A stretch of DNA of 64,000 bases from the human T2T-CHM13v2.0 reference genome, Homo sapiens. Positions 1-11,213 of this stretch are shown here, piece after piece; positions within the stretch are counted from its first letter, which is position 1; every line of letters begins with the position of its first letter. The notes beneath the pieces were generated by a model. The model did no database searches. It saw nothing but the letters and a program-made list of their open reading frames with translations, and was not told the origin of the DNA. The position numbers and the translations under genes were made by a program. The stretch lies in the NCBI RefSeq assembly GCF_009914755.1, contig NC_060940.1; one strand, 5' to 3'.

Positions 1-118
1 GAAACTGCTCTGTGATGTGTGCGTTCAACTCACAGAGTTTAACTTTTCTTTTCATTCAGCAGTTTGGAAACACTCTGTTTGTAAAGTCTGCAAGTGGATA
101 TCTTGGCCTCTTAGAGGC

Positions 119-135
119 CTTCGTTGGAAACGGGT
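119..135 (+). promoter_or_regulatory. CENP-B box (M1), representative of one per dimer throughout the array
   Basis: cttcgttggaaacgggt matches the essential NTTCGNNNNANNCGGGN consensus. Confidence 0.95.
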
Positions 136-286
136 TTTTTCATGTAAGGTTAGACAGAGGAATTCCCAGTAACTTCCTTGTGTTGTGTGCATTCAACTCA
201 CAGAGTTGAATGATTCTTTACACAGAGCAGATTTGAGACACTCTTTTGGTGGAATTTGTTAGTGGAGAATTCAGCCGCTTTGAGGT

Positions 287-303
287 CAACGGTAGAAAAG
301 GAA
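287..303 (+). other. pJalpha-box-like position of the A-type (CENP-B-box-negative) monomer
   Basis: caacggtagaaaaggaa occupies the box position in alternate monomers and resembles the pJalpha motif (CTAYGGTGRAAAAGGAA) with mismatches. Confidence 0.55.
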
Positions 304-457
304 ATATCTTCGTATAAAAACTAGACAGAATGATTCTCAGAAACTGTTTTGTGATGTGTGCGTTCAACTCACAGAGTTTAACCTTTCTTTTCAAAGAGCA
401 GTTAGGAAACACTCTGTTTGTAAAGTCTGCAAGTGGATATTCAGACCTCTTTGAGGC

Positions 458-474
458 CTTCGTTGGAAACGGGA
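458..474 (+). promoter_or_regulatory. CENP-B box (M3)
   Basis: cttcgttggaaacggga, canonical 17-mer. Confidence 0.97.
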
Positions 475-797
475 TTTCTTCATATTATGTTAGACAGATG
501 AATTCTCAGTAACTTCCTTGTGTTGTGTGTATTCAACTCACAGAGTTGAACGATCCTTTACACAGAGCAGATTTGAAACACTGTTTTTCTGGAATTTGCA
601 AGTGGAGATTTCAGCCGCTTTGAGGTCAATGGTAGAAAAAGAAATATCTTCGTATAAAAACTAGACAGAATGATTCTCAGAAACTCCTTTGTGATGTGTG
701 CGTTCAACTCACAGAGTTTAACCTTTCTTTTCACAGAGCAGTTAGGAAACACTCTGTTTGTGAAGCCTGCCAGTGGATATTCGGACGTCTTTGAGGC

Positions 798-814
798 CTT
801 CGTTGGAAACGGGA
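798..814 (+). promoter_or_regulatory. CENP-B box (M5)
   Basis: cttcgttggaaacggga, 340 bp after the previous box. Confidence 0.97.
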
Positions 815-1137
815 TTTCTTCATATTATGCTAGACAGAAGATTTCTCAGTAACTTCTTTGTGTTGTGTGTATGCAACTCACAGAGTTCAACCTTCCTTTA
901 GACAGAGCAGATTTGAAACACTCTTTTTGTGGAATTTGCAAGTGGAGATTTCAAGCGCTTCGATGCCAATGGTAGAAAAGGAAATATCTTCGTATAAAAA
1001 CAAGACAAACTCGTTCCCAGACACTGCGTAGTGATGTGTGTGTTTAACTCACAGAGTTTCACCTTTCTTTTCATACAGCATTCTGGAAACCCTCTGTTTG
1101 TAAAGTCTGCAAGTGGATATTTGGACCTCTTAGATGC

Positions 1138-1154
1138 CTTCGTTGGAAACGGGA
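1138..1154 (+). promoter_or_regulatory. CENP-B box (M7)
   Basis: cttcgttggaaacggga. Confidence 0.97.
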
Positions 1155-1477
1155 TTTCTTCATATAATGCTAGAGGGAAGAATTCTTAGTAACTTCTTTG
1201 TGTTGTGTGTATTCAACTGACAGAGTTGAACCTTCCTTTAGACAGAGCAGATTTGAAAGTCTCTTTTTGTGGAATTTGCAAGTGGAGATTTCAAGCGCTT
1301 TGAGGCCAAAAGCAGAAAAGGAAATATTTTCCTATAAAAACTCGACAGAATCTTTCTCAGAAACTGCTCTGGGATGTGTGCGTTCAACTCACAGAGTTTA
1401 ACTTTTCTTTTCATTCAGCAGTTTGGAAACACTCTGTTTGGAAAGTCTGCACGTGGATATTTTGACCTCTTTGAGGC

Positions 1478-1494
1478 CTTCGTTGGAAACGGGT
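1478..1494 (+). promoter_or_regulatory. CENP-B box (M9)
   Basis: cttcgttggaaacgggt; this makes five boxes per 10-mer, and the next box at 1818 = 119 + 1699. Confidence 0.95.
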
Positions 1495-4400
1495 TTTTTT
1501 CATGTAAGGCTAGACAGAAGAAATCTCAGTAACTTCCTTGTGTTGTGTGTATTCAACTGACAGAGTTGAACCTTCCTTTAGACAGAGCAGATTCGAAACA
1601 CTCTTTTTCTGCAATTTGCAAGTGGAGACTTCAAGCGCTTTGAGGCCAAAGGCAGAAAAGGAAATATCTTCGTATAAAAACCCGACAGAATCATTCTCAG
1701 AAACTGCTCTGTGATGTGTGCGTTCAACTCACAGAGTTTAACTTTTCTTTTCATTCAGCAGTTTGGAAACACTCTGTTTGTAAAGTCTGCAAGTGGATAT
1801 CTTGGCCTCTTAGAGGCCTTCGTTGGAAACGGGTTTTTTCATGTAAGGTTAGACAGAGGAATTCCCAGTAACTTCCTTGTGTTGTGTGCATTCAACTCAC
1901 AGAGTTGAATGATTCTTTACACAGAGCAGATTTGAGACACTCTTTTGGTGGAATTTGTAAGTGGAGAATTCAGCCGCTTTGAGGTCAACGGTAGAAAAGG
2001 AAATATCTTCGTATAAAAACTAGACAGAATGATTCTCAGAAACTGTTTTGTGATGTGTGCGTTCAACTCACAGAGTTTAACCTTTCTTTTCAAAGAGCAG
2101 TTAGGAAACACTCTGTTTGTAAAGTCTGCAAGTGGATATTCAGACCTCTTTGAGGCCTTCGTTGGAAACTGGATTTCTTCATATTATGCTAGACAGATGA
2201 ATTCTCAGTAACTTCCTTGTGTTGTGTGTATTCAACTCACAGAGTTGAACGATCCTTTACACAGAGCAGATTTGAAACACTGTTTTTCTGGAATTTGCAA
2301 GTGGAGATTTCAGCCGCTTTGAGGTCAATGGTAGAAAAGGAAATATCTTCGTATAAAAACTAGACAGAATGATTCTCAGAAACTCCTTTGTGATGTGTGC
2401 GTTCAACTCACAGAGTTTAACCTTTCTTTTCACAGAGTAGTTAGGAAACACTCTGTTTGTGAAGCCTGCCAGTGGATATTCGGACCTCTTTGAGGCCTTC
2501 GTTGGAAACGGGATTTCTTCATATTATGCTAGACAGAAGATTTCTCAGTAACTTCTTTGTGTTGTGTGTATGCAACTCACAGAGTTCAACCTTCCTTTAG
2601 ACAGAGCAGATTTGAAACACTCTTTTTGTGGAATTTGCAAGTGGAGATTTCAAGCGCTTCGATGCCAATGGTAAAAAAGGAAATATCTTCGTATAAAAAC
2701 AAGACAAACTCGTTCCCAGACACTGCGTAGTGATGTGTGTGTTTAACTCACAGAGTTTAACCTTTCTTTTCATACAGCATTCTGGAAACCCTGTGTTTGT
2801 AAAGTCTGCAAGTGGATATTTGGACCTCTTAGATGCCTTCGTTGGAAACGGGATTTCTTCATATAATGCTAGAGGGAAGAATTCTTAATAACTTCTTTGT
2901 GTTGTGTGTATTCAACTGACAGAGTTGAACCTTCCTTTAGACAGAGCAGATTTGAAAGTCTCTTTTTGTGGAATTTGCAAGTGGAGATTTCAAGCGCTTT
3001 GAGGCCAAAAGCAGAAAAGGAAATATTTTCCTATAAAAACTCGACAGAATCTTTCTCAGAAACTGCTCTGGGATGTGTGCGTTCAACTCACAGAGTTTAA
3101 CTTTTCTTTTCATTCAGCAGTTTGGAAACACTCTGTTTGGAAAGTCTGCACGTGGATATTTTGACCTCTTTGAGGCCTTCGTTGGAAACGGGTTTTTTTC
3201 ATGTAAGGCTAGACAGAAGAAATCTCAGTAACTTCCTTGTGTTGTGTGTATTCAACTGACAGAGTTGAACCTTCCTTTAGACAGAGCAGATTCGAAACAC
3301 TCTTTTTCTGCAATTTGCAAGTGGAGACTTCAAGCGCTTTGAGGCCAAAGGCAGAAAAGGAAATATCTTCGTATAAAAACCCGACAGAATCATTCTCAGA
3401 AACTGCTCTGTGATGTGTGCATTCAACTCACAGAGTTTAACTTTTCTTTTCATTCAGCAGTTTGGAAACACTCTGTTTGTAAAGTCTGCAAGTGGATATC
3501 TTGGCCTCTTAGAGGCCTTCGTTGGAAACGGGTTTTTTCATGTAAGGTTAGACAGAGGAATTCCCAGTAACTTCCTTGTGTTGTGTGCATTCAACACACA
3601 GAGTTGAATGATTCTTTACACAGAGCAGATTTGAGACACTCTTTTGGTGGAATTTGTTAGTGGAGAATTCAGCCGCTTTGAGGTCAACGGTAGAAAAGGA
3701 AATATCTTCGTATAAAAACTAGACAGAATGATTCTCAGAAACTGTTTTGTGATGTGTGCGTTCAACTCACAGAGTTTAACCTTTCTTTTCAAAGAGCAGT
3801 TAGGAAACACTCTGTTTGTAAAGTCTGCAAGTGGATATTCAGACCTCTTTGAGGCCTTCGTTGGAAACGGGATTTCTTCATATTATGCTAGACAGATGAA
3901 TTCTCAGTAACTTCCTTGTGTTGTGTGTATTCAACTCACAGAGTTGAACGATCCTTTACACAGAGCAGATTTGAAACACTGTTTTTCTGGAATTTGCAAG
4001 TGGAGATTTCAGCCGCTTTGAGGTCAATGGTAGAAAAAGAAATATCTTCGTATAAAAACTAGACAGAATGATTCTCAGAAACTCCTTTGTGATGTGTGCG
4101 TTCAACTCACAGAGTTTAACCTTTCTTTTCACAGAGCAGTTAGGAAACACTCTGTTTGTGAAGCCTGCCAGTGGATATTCGGACCTCTTTGAGGCCTTCG
4201 TTGGAAACGGGATTTCTTCATATTATGCTAGACAGAAGATTTCTCAGTAACTTCTTTGCGTTGTGTGTATGCAACTCACAGAGTTCAACCTTCCTTTAGA
4301 CAGAGCAGATTTGAAACACTCTTTTTGTGGAATTTGCAAGTGGAGATTTCAAGCGCTTCGATGCCAATGGTAGAAAAGGAAATATCTTCGTATAAAAACA

Positions 4401-7400
4401 AGACAAACTCGTTCCCAGACACTGCGTAGTGATGTGTGTGTTTAACTCACAGAGTTTAACCTTTCTTTTCATACAGCATTCTGGAAACCCTCTGTTTGTA
4501 AAGTCTGCAAGTGGATATTTGGACCTCTTAGATGCCTTCGTTGGAAACGGGATTTCTTCATATAATGCTAGAGGGAAGAATTCTTAGTAACTTCTTTGTG
4601 TTGTGTGTATTCAACTGACAGAGTTGAACCTTCCTTTAGACAGAGCAGATTTGAAAGTCTCTTTTTGTGGAATTTGCAAGTGGAGATTTCAAGCGCTTTG
4701 AGGCCAAAAGCAGAAAAGGAAATATTTTCCTATAAAAACTCGACAGAATCTTTCTCAGAAACTGCTCTGGGATGTGTGCATTCAACTCACAGAGTTTAAC
4801 TTTTCTTTTCATTCAGCAGTTTGGAAACACTCTGTTTGGAAAGTCTACACATGGATATTTTGACCTCTTTGAGGCCTTCGTTGGAAACGGTTTTTTTTCA
4901 TGTAAGGCTAGACAGAAGAAATCTCAGTAACTTCCTTGTGTTGTGTGTATTCAACTGACAGAGTTGAACCTTCCTTTAGACAGAGCAGATTCGAAACACT
5001 CTTTTTCTGCAATTTGCAAGTGGAGACTTCAAGCGCTTTGAGGCCAAAGGCAGAGAAGGAAATATCTTCGTATAAAAACCCGACAGAATCATTCTCAGAA
5101 ACTGCTCTGTGATGTGTGCGTTCAACTCACAGAGTTTAACTTTTCTTTTCATTCAGCAGTTTGGAAACACTCTGTTTGTAAAGTCTGCAAGTGGATATCT
5201 TGGCCTCTTAGAGGCCTTCGTTGGAAACGGGTTTTTTCATGTAAGGTTAGACAGAGGAATTCCCACTAACTTCCTTGTGTTGTGTGCATTCAACTCACAG
5301 AGTTGAATGATTCTTTACACAGAGCAGATTTGAGACACTCTTTTGGTGGAATTTGTAGGTGGAGAATTCAGCTGCTTTGAGGTCAACAGTAGAAAAGGAA
5401 ATATCTTCGTATAAAAACTAGACAGAATGATTCTCAGAAACTGTTTTGTGATGTGTGCTTTCAACTCACAGAGTTTAACCTTTCTTTTCAAAGAGCAGTT
5501 AGGAAACACTCTGTTTGTAAAGTCTGCAAGTGGATATTCAGACCTCTTTGAGGCCTTCGTTGGAAACGGGATTTCTTCATATTATGCTAGACAGATGAAT
5601 TCTCAGTAACTTCCTTGTGTTGTGTGTATTCAACTCACAGAGTTGAACGATCCTTTACACAGAGCAGATTTGAAACACTGTTTTTCTGGAATTTGCAAGT
5701 GGAGATTTCAGCCGCTTTGAGGTCAATGGTAGAAAAGGAAATATCTTCGTATAAAAACTAGACAGAATGATTCTCAGAAACTCCTTTGTGATGTGTGCGT
5801 TCAACTCACAGAGTTTAACCTTTCTTTTCACAGAGCAGTTAGGAAACACTCTGTTTGTGAAGCCTGCCAGTGGATATTCGGACCTCTTTGAGGCCTTCGT
5901 TGGAAACGGGATTTCTTCATATTATGCTAGACAGAAGATTTCTCAGTAACTTCTTTGTGTTGTGTGTATGCAACTCACAGAGTTCAACCTTCCTTTAGAC
6001 AGAGCAGATTTGAAACACTCTTTTTGTGGAATTTGCAAGTGGAGATTTCAAGCGCTTCGATGCCAATGGTAGAAAAGGAAATATCTTCGTAGAAAAACAA
6101 GACAAACTCGTTCCCAGAGACTGCGTAGTGATGTGTGTGTTTAACTCACAGAGTTTCACCTTTCTTTTCATACAGCATTCTGGAAACCCTCTGTTTGTAA
6201 AGTCTGCAAGTGGATATTTGGACCTCTTAGATGCCTTCGTTGGAAACGGGATTTCTTCATATAATGCTAGAGGGAAGAATTCTTAGTAACTTCTTTGTGT
6301 TGTGTGTATTCAACTGACAGAGTTGAACCTTCCTTTAGACAGAGCAGATTTGAAAGTCTCTTTTTGTGGAATTTGCAAGTGGAGATTTCAAGCGCTTTGA
6401 GGCCAAAAGCAGAAAAGGAAATATTTTCCTATAAAAACTCGACAGAATCTTTCTCAGAAACTGCTCTGGGATGTGTGCGTTCAACTCACAGAGTTTAACT
6501 TTTCTTTTCATTCAGCAGTTTGGAAACACTCTGTTTGGAAAGTCTGCACGTGGATATTTTGACCTCTTTGAGGCCTTCGTTGGAAACGGGTTTTTTTCAT
6601 GTAAGGCTAGACAGAAGAAATCTCAGTAACTTCCTTGTGTTGTGTGTATTCAACTGACAGAGTTGAACCTTCCTTTAGACAGAGCAGATTCGAAACACTC
6701 TTTTTCTGCAATTTGCAAGTGGAGACTTCAAGCGCTTTGAGGCCAAAGGCAGAAAAGGAAATATCTTCATATAAAAACCCGACAGAATCATTCTCAGAAA
6801 CTGCTCTGTGATGTGTGCGTTCAACTCACAGAGTTTAACTTTTCTTTTCATTCAGCAGTTTGGAAACACTCTGTTTGTAAAGTCTGCAAGTGGATATCTT
6901 GGCCTCTTAGAGGCCTTCGTTGGAAACGGGTTTTTTCATGTAAGGTTAGACAGAGGAATTCCCAGTAACTTCCTTGTGTTGTGTGCATTCAACACACAGA
7001 GTTGAATGATTCTTTACACAGAGCAGATTTGAGACACTCTTTTGGTGGAATTTGTAAGTGGAGAATTCAGCCGCTTTGAGGTCAACGGTAGAAAAGGAAA
7101 TATCTTCGTATAAAAACTAGACAGAATGATTCTCAGAAACTGTTTTGTGATGTGTGCGTTCAACTCACAGAGTTTAACCTTTCTTTTCAAAGAGCAGTTA
7201 GGAAACACTCTGTTTGTAAAGTCTGCAAGTGGATATTCAGACCTCTTTGAGGCCTTCGTTGGAAACGGGATTTCTTCATATTATGCTAGACAGATGAATT
7301 CTCAGTAACTTCCTTGTGTTGTGTGTATTCAACTCACAGAGTTGAACGATCCTTTACACAGAGCAGATTTGAAACACTGTTTTTCTGGAATTTGCAAGTG

Positions 7401-10194
7401 GAGATTTCAGCCGCTTTGAGGTCAATGGTAGAAAAAGAAATATCTTCGTATAAAAACTAGACAGAATGATTCTCAGAAACTCCTTTGTGATGTGTGCGTT
7501 CAACTCACAGAGTTTAACCTTTCTTTTCACAGAGCAGTTAGGAAACACTCTGTTTGTGAAGCCTGCCAGTGGATATTCGGACCTCTTTGAGGCCTTCGTT
7601 GGAAACGGGATTTCTTCATATTATGCTAGACAGAAGATTTCTCAGTAACTTCTTTGTGTTGTGTGTATGCAACTCACAGAGTTCAACCTTCCTTTAGACA
7701 GAGCAGATTTGAAACACTGTTTTTGTGGAATTTGCAAGTGGAGATTTCAAGCGCTTCGATGCCAATGGTAGAAAAGGAAATATCTTCGTATAAAAACAAG
7801 ACAAACTCGTTCCCAGACACTGCGTAGTGATGTGTGTGTTTAACTCACAGAGTTTCACCTTTCTTTTCATACAGCATTCTGGAAACCCTCTGTTTGTAAA
7901 GTCTGCAAGTGGATATTTGGACCTCTTAGATGCCTTCGTTGGAAACGGGATTTCTTCATATAATGCTAGAGGGAAGAATTCTTAGTAACTTCTTTGTGTT
8001 GTGTGTATTCAACTGACAGAGTTGAACCTTCCTTTAGACAGAGCAGATTTGAAAGTCTCTTTTTGTGGAATTTGCAAGTGGAGATTTCAAGCGCTTTGAG
8101 GCCAAAAGCAGAAAAGGAAATATTTTCCTATAAAAACTCGACAGAATCTTTCTCAGAAACTGCTCTGGGATGTGTGCGTTCAACTCACAGAGTTTAACTT
8201 TTCTTTTCATTCAGCAGTTTGGAAACACTCTGTTTGGAAAGTCTGCACGTGGATATTTTGACCTCTTTGAGGCCTTCGTTGGAAACGGGTTTTTTTCATG
8301 TAAGGCTAGACAGAAGAAATCTCAGTAACTTCCTTGTGTTGTGTGTATTCAACTGACAGAGTTGAACCTTCCTTTAGACAGAGCAGATTCGAAACACTCT
8401 TTTTCTGCAATTTGCAAGTGGAGACTTCAAGCGCTTTGAGGCCAAAGGCAGAAAAGGAAATATCTTCGTATAAAAACCCGACAGAATCATTCTCAGAAAC
8501 TGCTCTGTGATGTGTGCGTTCAACTCACAGAGTTTAACTTTTCTTTTCATTCAGCAGTTTGGAAACACTCTGTTTGTAAAGTCTGCAAGTGGATATCTTG
8601 GCCTCTTAGAGGCCTTCGTTGGAAACGGGTTTTTTCATGTAAGGTTAGACAGAGGAATTCCCAGTAACTTCCTTGTGTTGTGTGCATTCAACTCACAGAG
8701 TTGAATGATTCTTTACACAGAGCAGATTTGAGACACTCTTTTGGTGGAATTTGTAAGTGGAGAATTCAGCCGCTTTGAGGTCAACGGTAGAAAAGGAAAT
8801 ATCTTCGTATAAAAACTAGACAGAATGATTCTCAGAAACTGTTTTGTGATGTGTGCGTTCAACTCACAGAGTTTAACCTTTCTTTTCAAAGAGCAGTTAG
8901 GAAACACTCTGTTTGTAAAGTCTGCAAGTGGATATTCAGACCTCTTTGAGGCCTTCGTTGGAAACGGGATTTCTTCATATTATGCTAGACAGATGAATTC
9001 TCAGTAACTTCCTTGTGTTGTGTGTATTCAACTCACAGAGTTGAACGATCCTTTACACAGAGCAGATTTGAAACACTGTTTTTCTGGAATTTGCAAGTGG
9101 AGATTTCAGCCGCTTTGAGGTCAATGGTAGAAAAAGAAATATCTTCGTATAAAAACTAGACAGAATGATTCTCAGAAACTCCTTTGTGATGTGTGCGTTC
9201 AACTCACAGAGTTTAACCTTTCTTTTCACAGAGCAGTTAGGAAACACTCTGTTTGTGAAGCCTGCCAGTGGATATTCGGACCTCTTTGAGGCCTTCGTTG
9301 GAAACGGGATTTCTTCATATTATGCTAGACAGAAGATTTCTCAGTAACTTCTTTGTGTTGTGTGTATGCAACTCACAGAGTTCAACCTTCCTTTAGACAG
9401 AGCAGATTTGAAACACTCTTTTTGTGGAATTTGCAAGTGGAGATTTCAAGCGCTTCGATGCCAATGGTAGAAAAGGAAATATCTTCGTATAAAAACAAGA
9501 CAAACTCGTTCCCAGACACTGCGTAGTGATGTGTGTGTTTAACTCACAGAGTTTAACCTTTCTTTTCATACAGCATTCTGGAAACCCTCTGTTTGTAAAG
9601 TCTGCAAGTGGATATTTGGACCTCTTAGATGCCTTCGTTGGAAACGGGATTTCTTCATATAATGCTAGAGGGAAGAATTCTTAGTAACTTCTTTGTGTTG
9701 TGTGTATTCAACTGACAGAGTTGAACCTTCCTTTAGACAGAGCAGATTTGAAAGTCTCTTTTTGTGGAATTTGCAAGTGGAGATTTCAAGCGCTTTGAGG
9801 CCAAAAGCAGAAGAGGAAATATTTTCCTATAAAAACTCGACAGAATCTTTCTCAGAAACTGCTCTGGGATGTGTGCGTTCAACTCACAGAGTTTAACTTT
9901 TCTTTTCATTCAGCAGTTTGGAAACACTCTGTTTGGAAAGTCTGCACGTGGATATTTTGACCTCTTTGAGGCCTTCGTTGGAAACGGGTTTTTTTCATGT
10001 AAGGCTAGACAGAAGAAATCTCAGTAACTTCCTTGTGTTGTGTGTATTCAACTGACAGAGTTGAACCTTCCTTTAGACAGAGCAGATTCGAAACACTCTT
10101 TTTCTGCAATTTGCAAGTGGAGACTTCAAGCGCTTTGAGGCCAAAGGCAGAAAAGGAAATATCTTCGTATAAAAACCCGACAGAATCATTCTCA

Positions 10195-11213
10195 GAAACT
10201 GCTCTGTGATGTGTGCGTTCAACTCACAGAGTTTAACTTTTCTTTTCATTCAGCAGTTTGGAAACACTCTGTTTGTAAAGTCTGCAAGTGGATATCTTGG
10301 CCTCTTAGAGGCCTTCGTTGGAAACGGGTTTTTTCATGTAAGGTTAGACAGAGGAATTCCCAGTAACTTCCTTGTGTTGTGTGCATTCAACTCACAGAGT
10401 TGAATGATTCTTTACACAGAGCAGATTTGAGACACTCTTTTGGTGGAATTTGTAAGTGGAGAATTCAGCTGCTTTGAGGTCAACGGTAGAAAAGGAAATA
10501 TCTTCGTATAAAAACTAGACAGAATGATTCTCAGAAACTGTTTTGTGATGTGTGCGTTCAACTCACAGAGTTTAACCTTTCTTTTCAAAGAGCAGTTAGG
10601 AAACACTCTGTTTGTAAAGTCTGCAAGTGGATATTCAGACCTCTTTGAGGCCTTCGTTGGAAACGGGATTTCTTCATATTATGCTAGACAGATGAATTCT
10701 CAGTAACTTCCTTGTGTTGTGTGTATTCAACTCACAGAGTTGAACGATCCTTTACACAGAGCAGATTTGAAACACTGTTTTTCTGGAATTTGCAAGTGGA
10801 GATTTCAGCTGCTTTGAGGTCAATGGTAGAAAAGGAAATATCTTCGTATAAAAACTAGACAGAATGATTCTCAGAAACTCCTTTGTGATGTGTGCGTTCA
10901 ACTCACAGAGTTTAACCTTTCTTTTCACAGAGCAGTTAGGAAACACTCTGTTTGTGAAGCCTGCCAGTGGATATTCGGACCTCTTTGAGGCCTTCGTTGG
11001 AAACGGGATTTCTTCATATTATGCTAGACAGAAGATTTCTCAGTAACTTCTTTGTGTTGTGTGTATGCAACTCACAGAGTTCAACCTTCCTTTAGACAGA
11101 GCAGATTTGAAACACTCTTTTTGTGGAATTTGCAAGTGGAGATTTCAAGCGCTTTGAGGCCAAAAGCAGAAAAGGAAATATTTTCCTATAAAAACTAGAC
11201 AGAATCTTTCTCA
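10195..11213 (+). repeat. 6-mer HOR structural variant (1019 bp)
   Basis: Unit spacing 10206 to 11225. It lacks the M6-end/M7 marker 'caagacaaactcgttcccagacactgcgta' and the M9/M10 markers. Confidence 0.95.

Larger units (their letters stand above)
1..10194 (+). repeat. Block of six canonical 10-mer HOR units (6 x 1699 bp)
   Basis: Unit starts 1, 1700, 3399, 5098, 6797, 8496. All carry 'aaaactcgacag' at the end of M8 (e.g. C at 1343). Confidence 0.95.

Noticed and set aside
1000-1035. Unusual segment 'caagacaaactcgttcccagacactgcgta' as a possible insert
   Set aside because: It aligns base-for-base with 'ctagacagaatgattctcagaaactcctttg' of the other monomers. It is a diverged M6/M7 boundary present in every 10-mer.
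119-1494. Regularly spaced conserved motif resembling a CRISPR repeat-spacer array
   Set aside because: The motif is the CENP-B box. The intervening sequence is itself repeated rather than unique spacers, and there are no cas genes.
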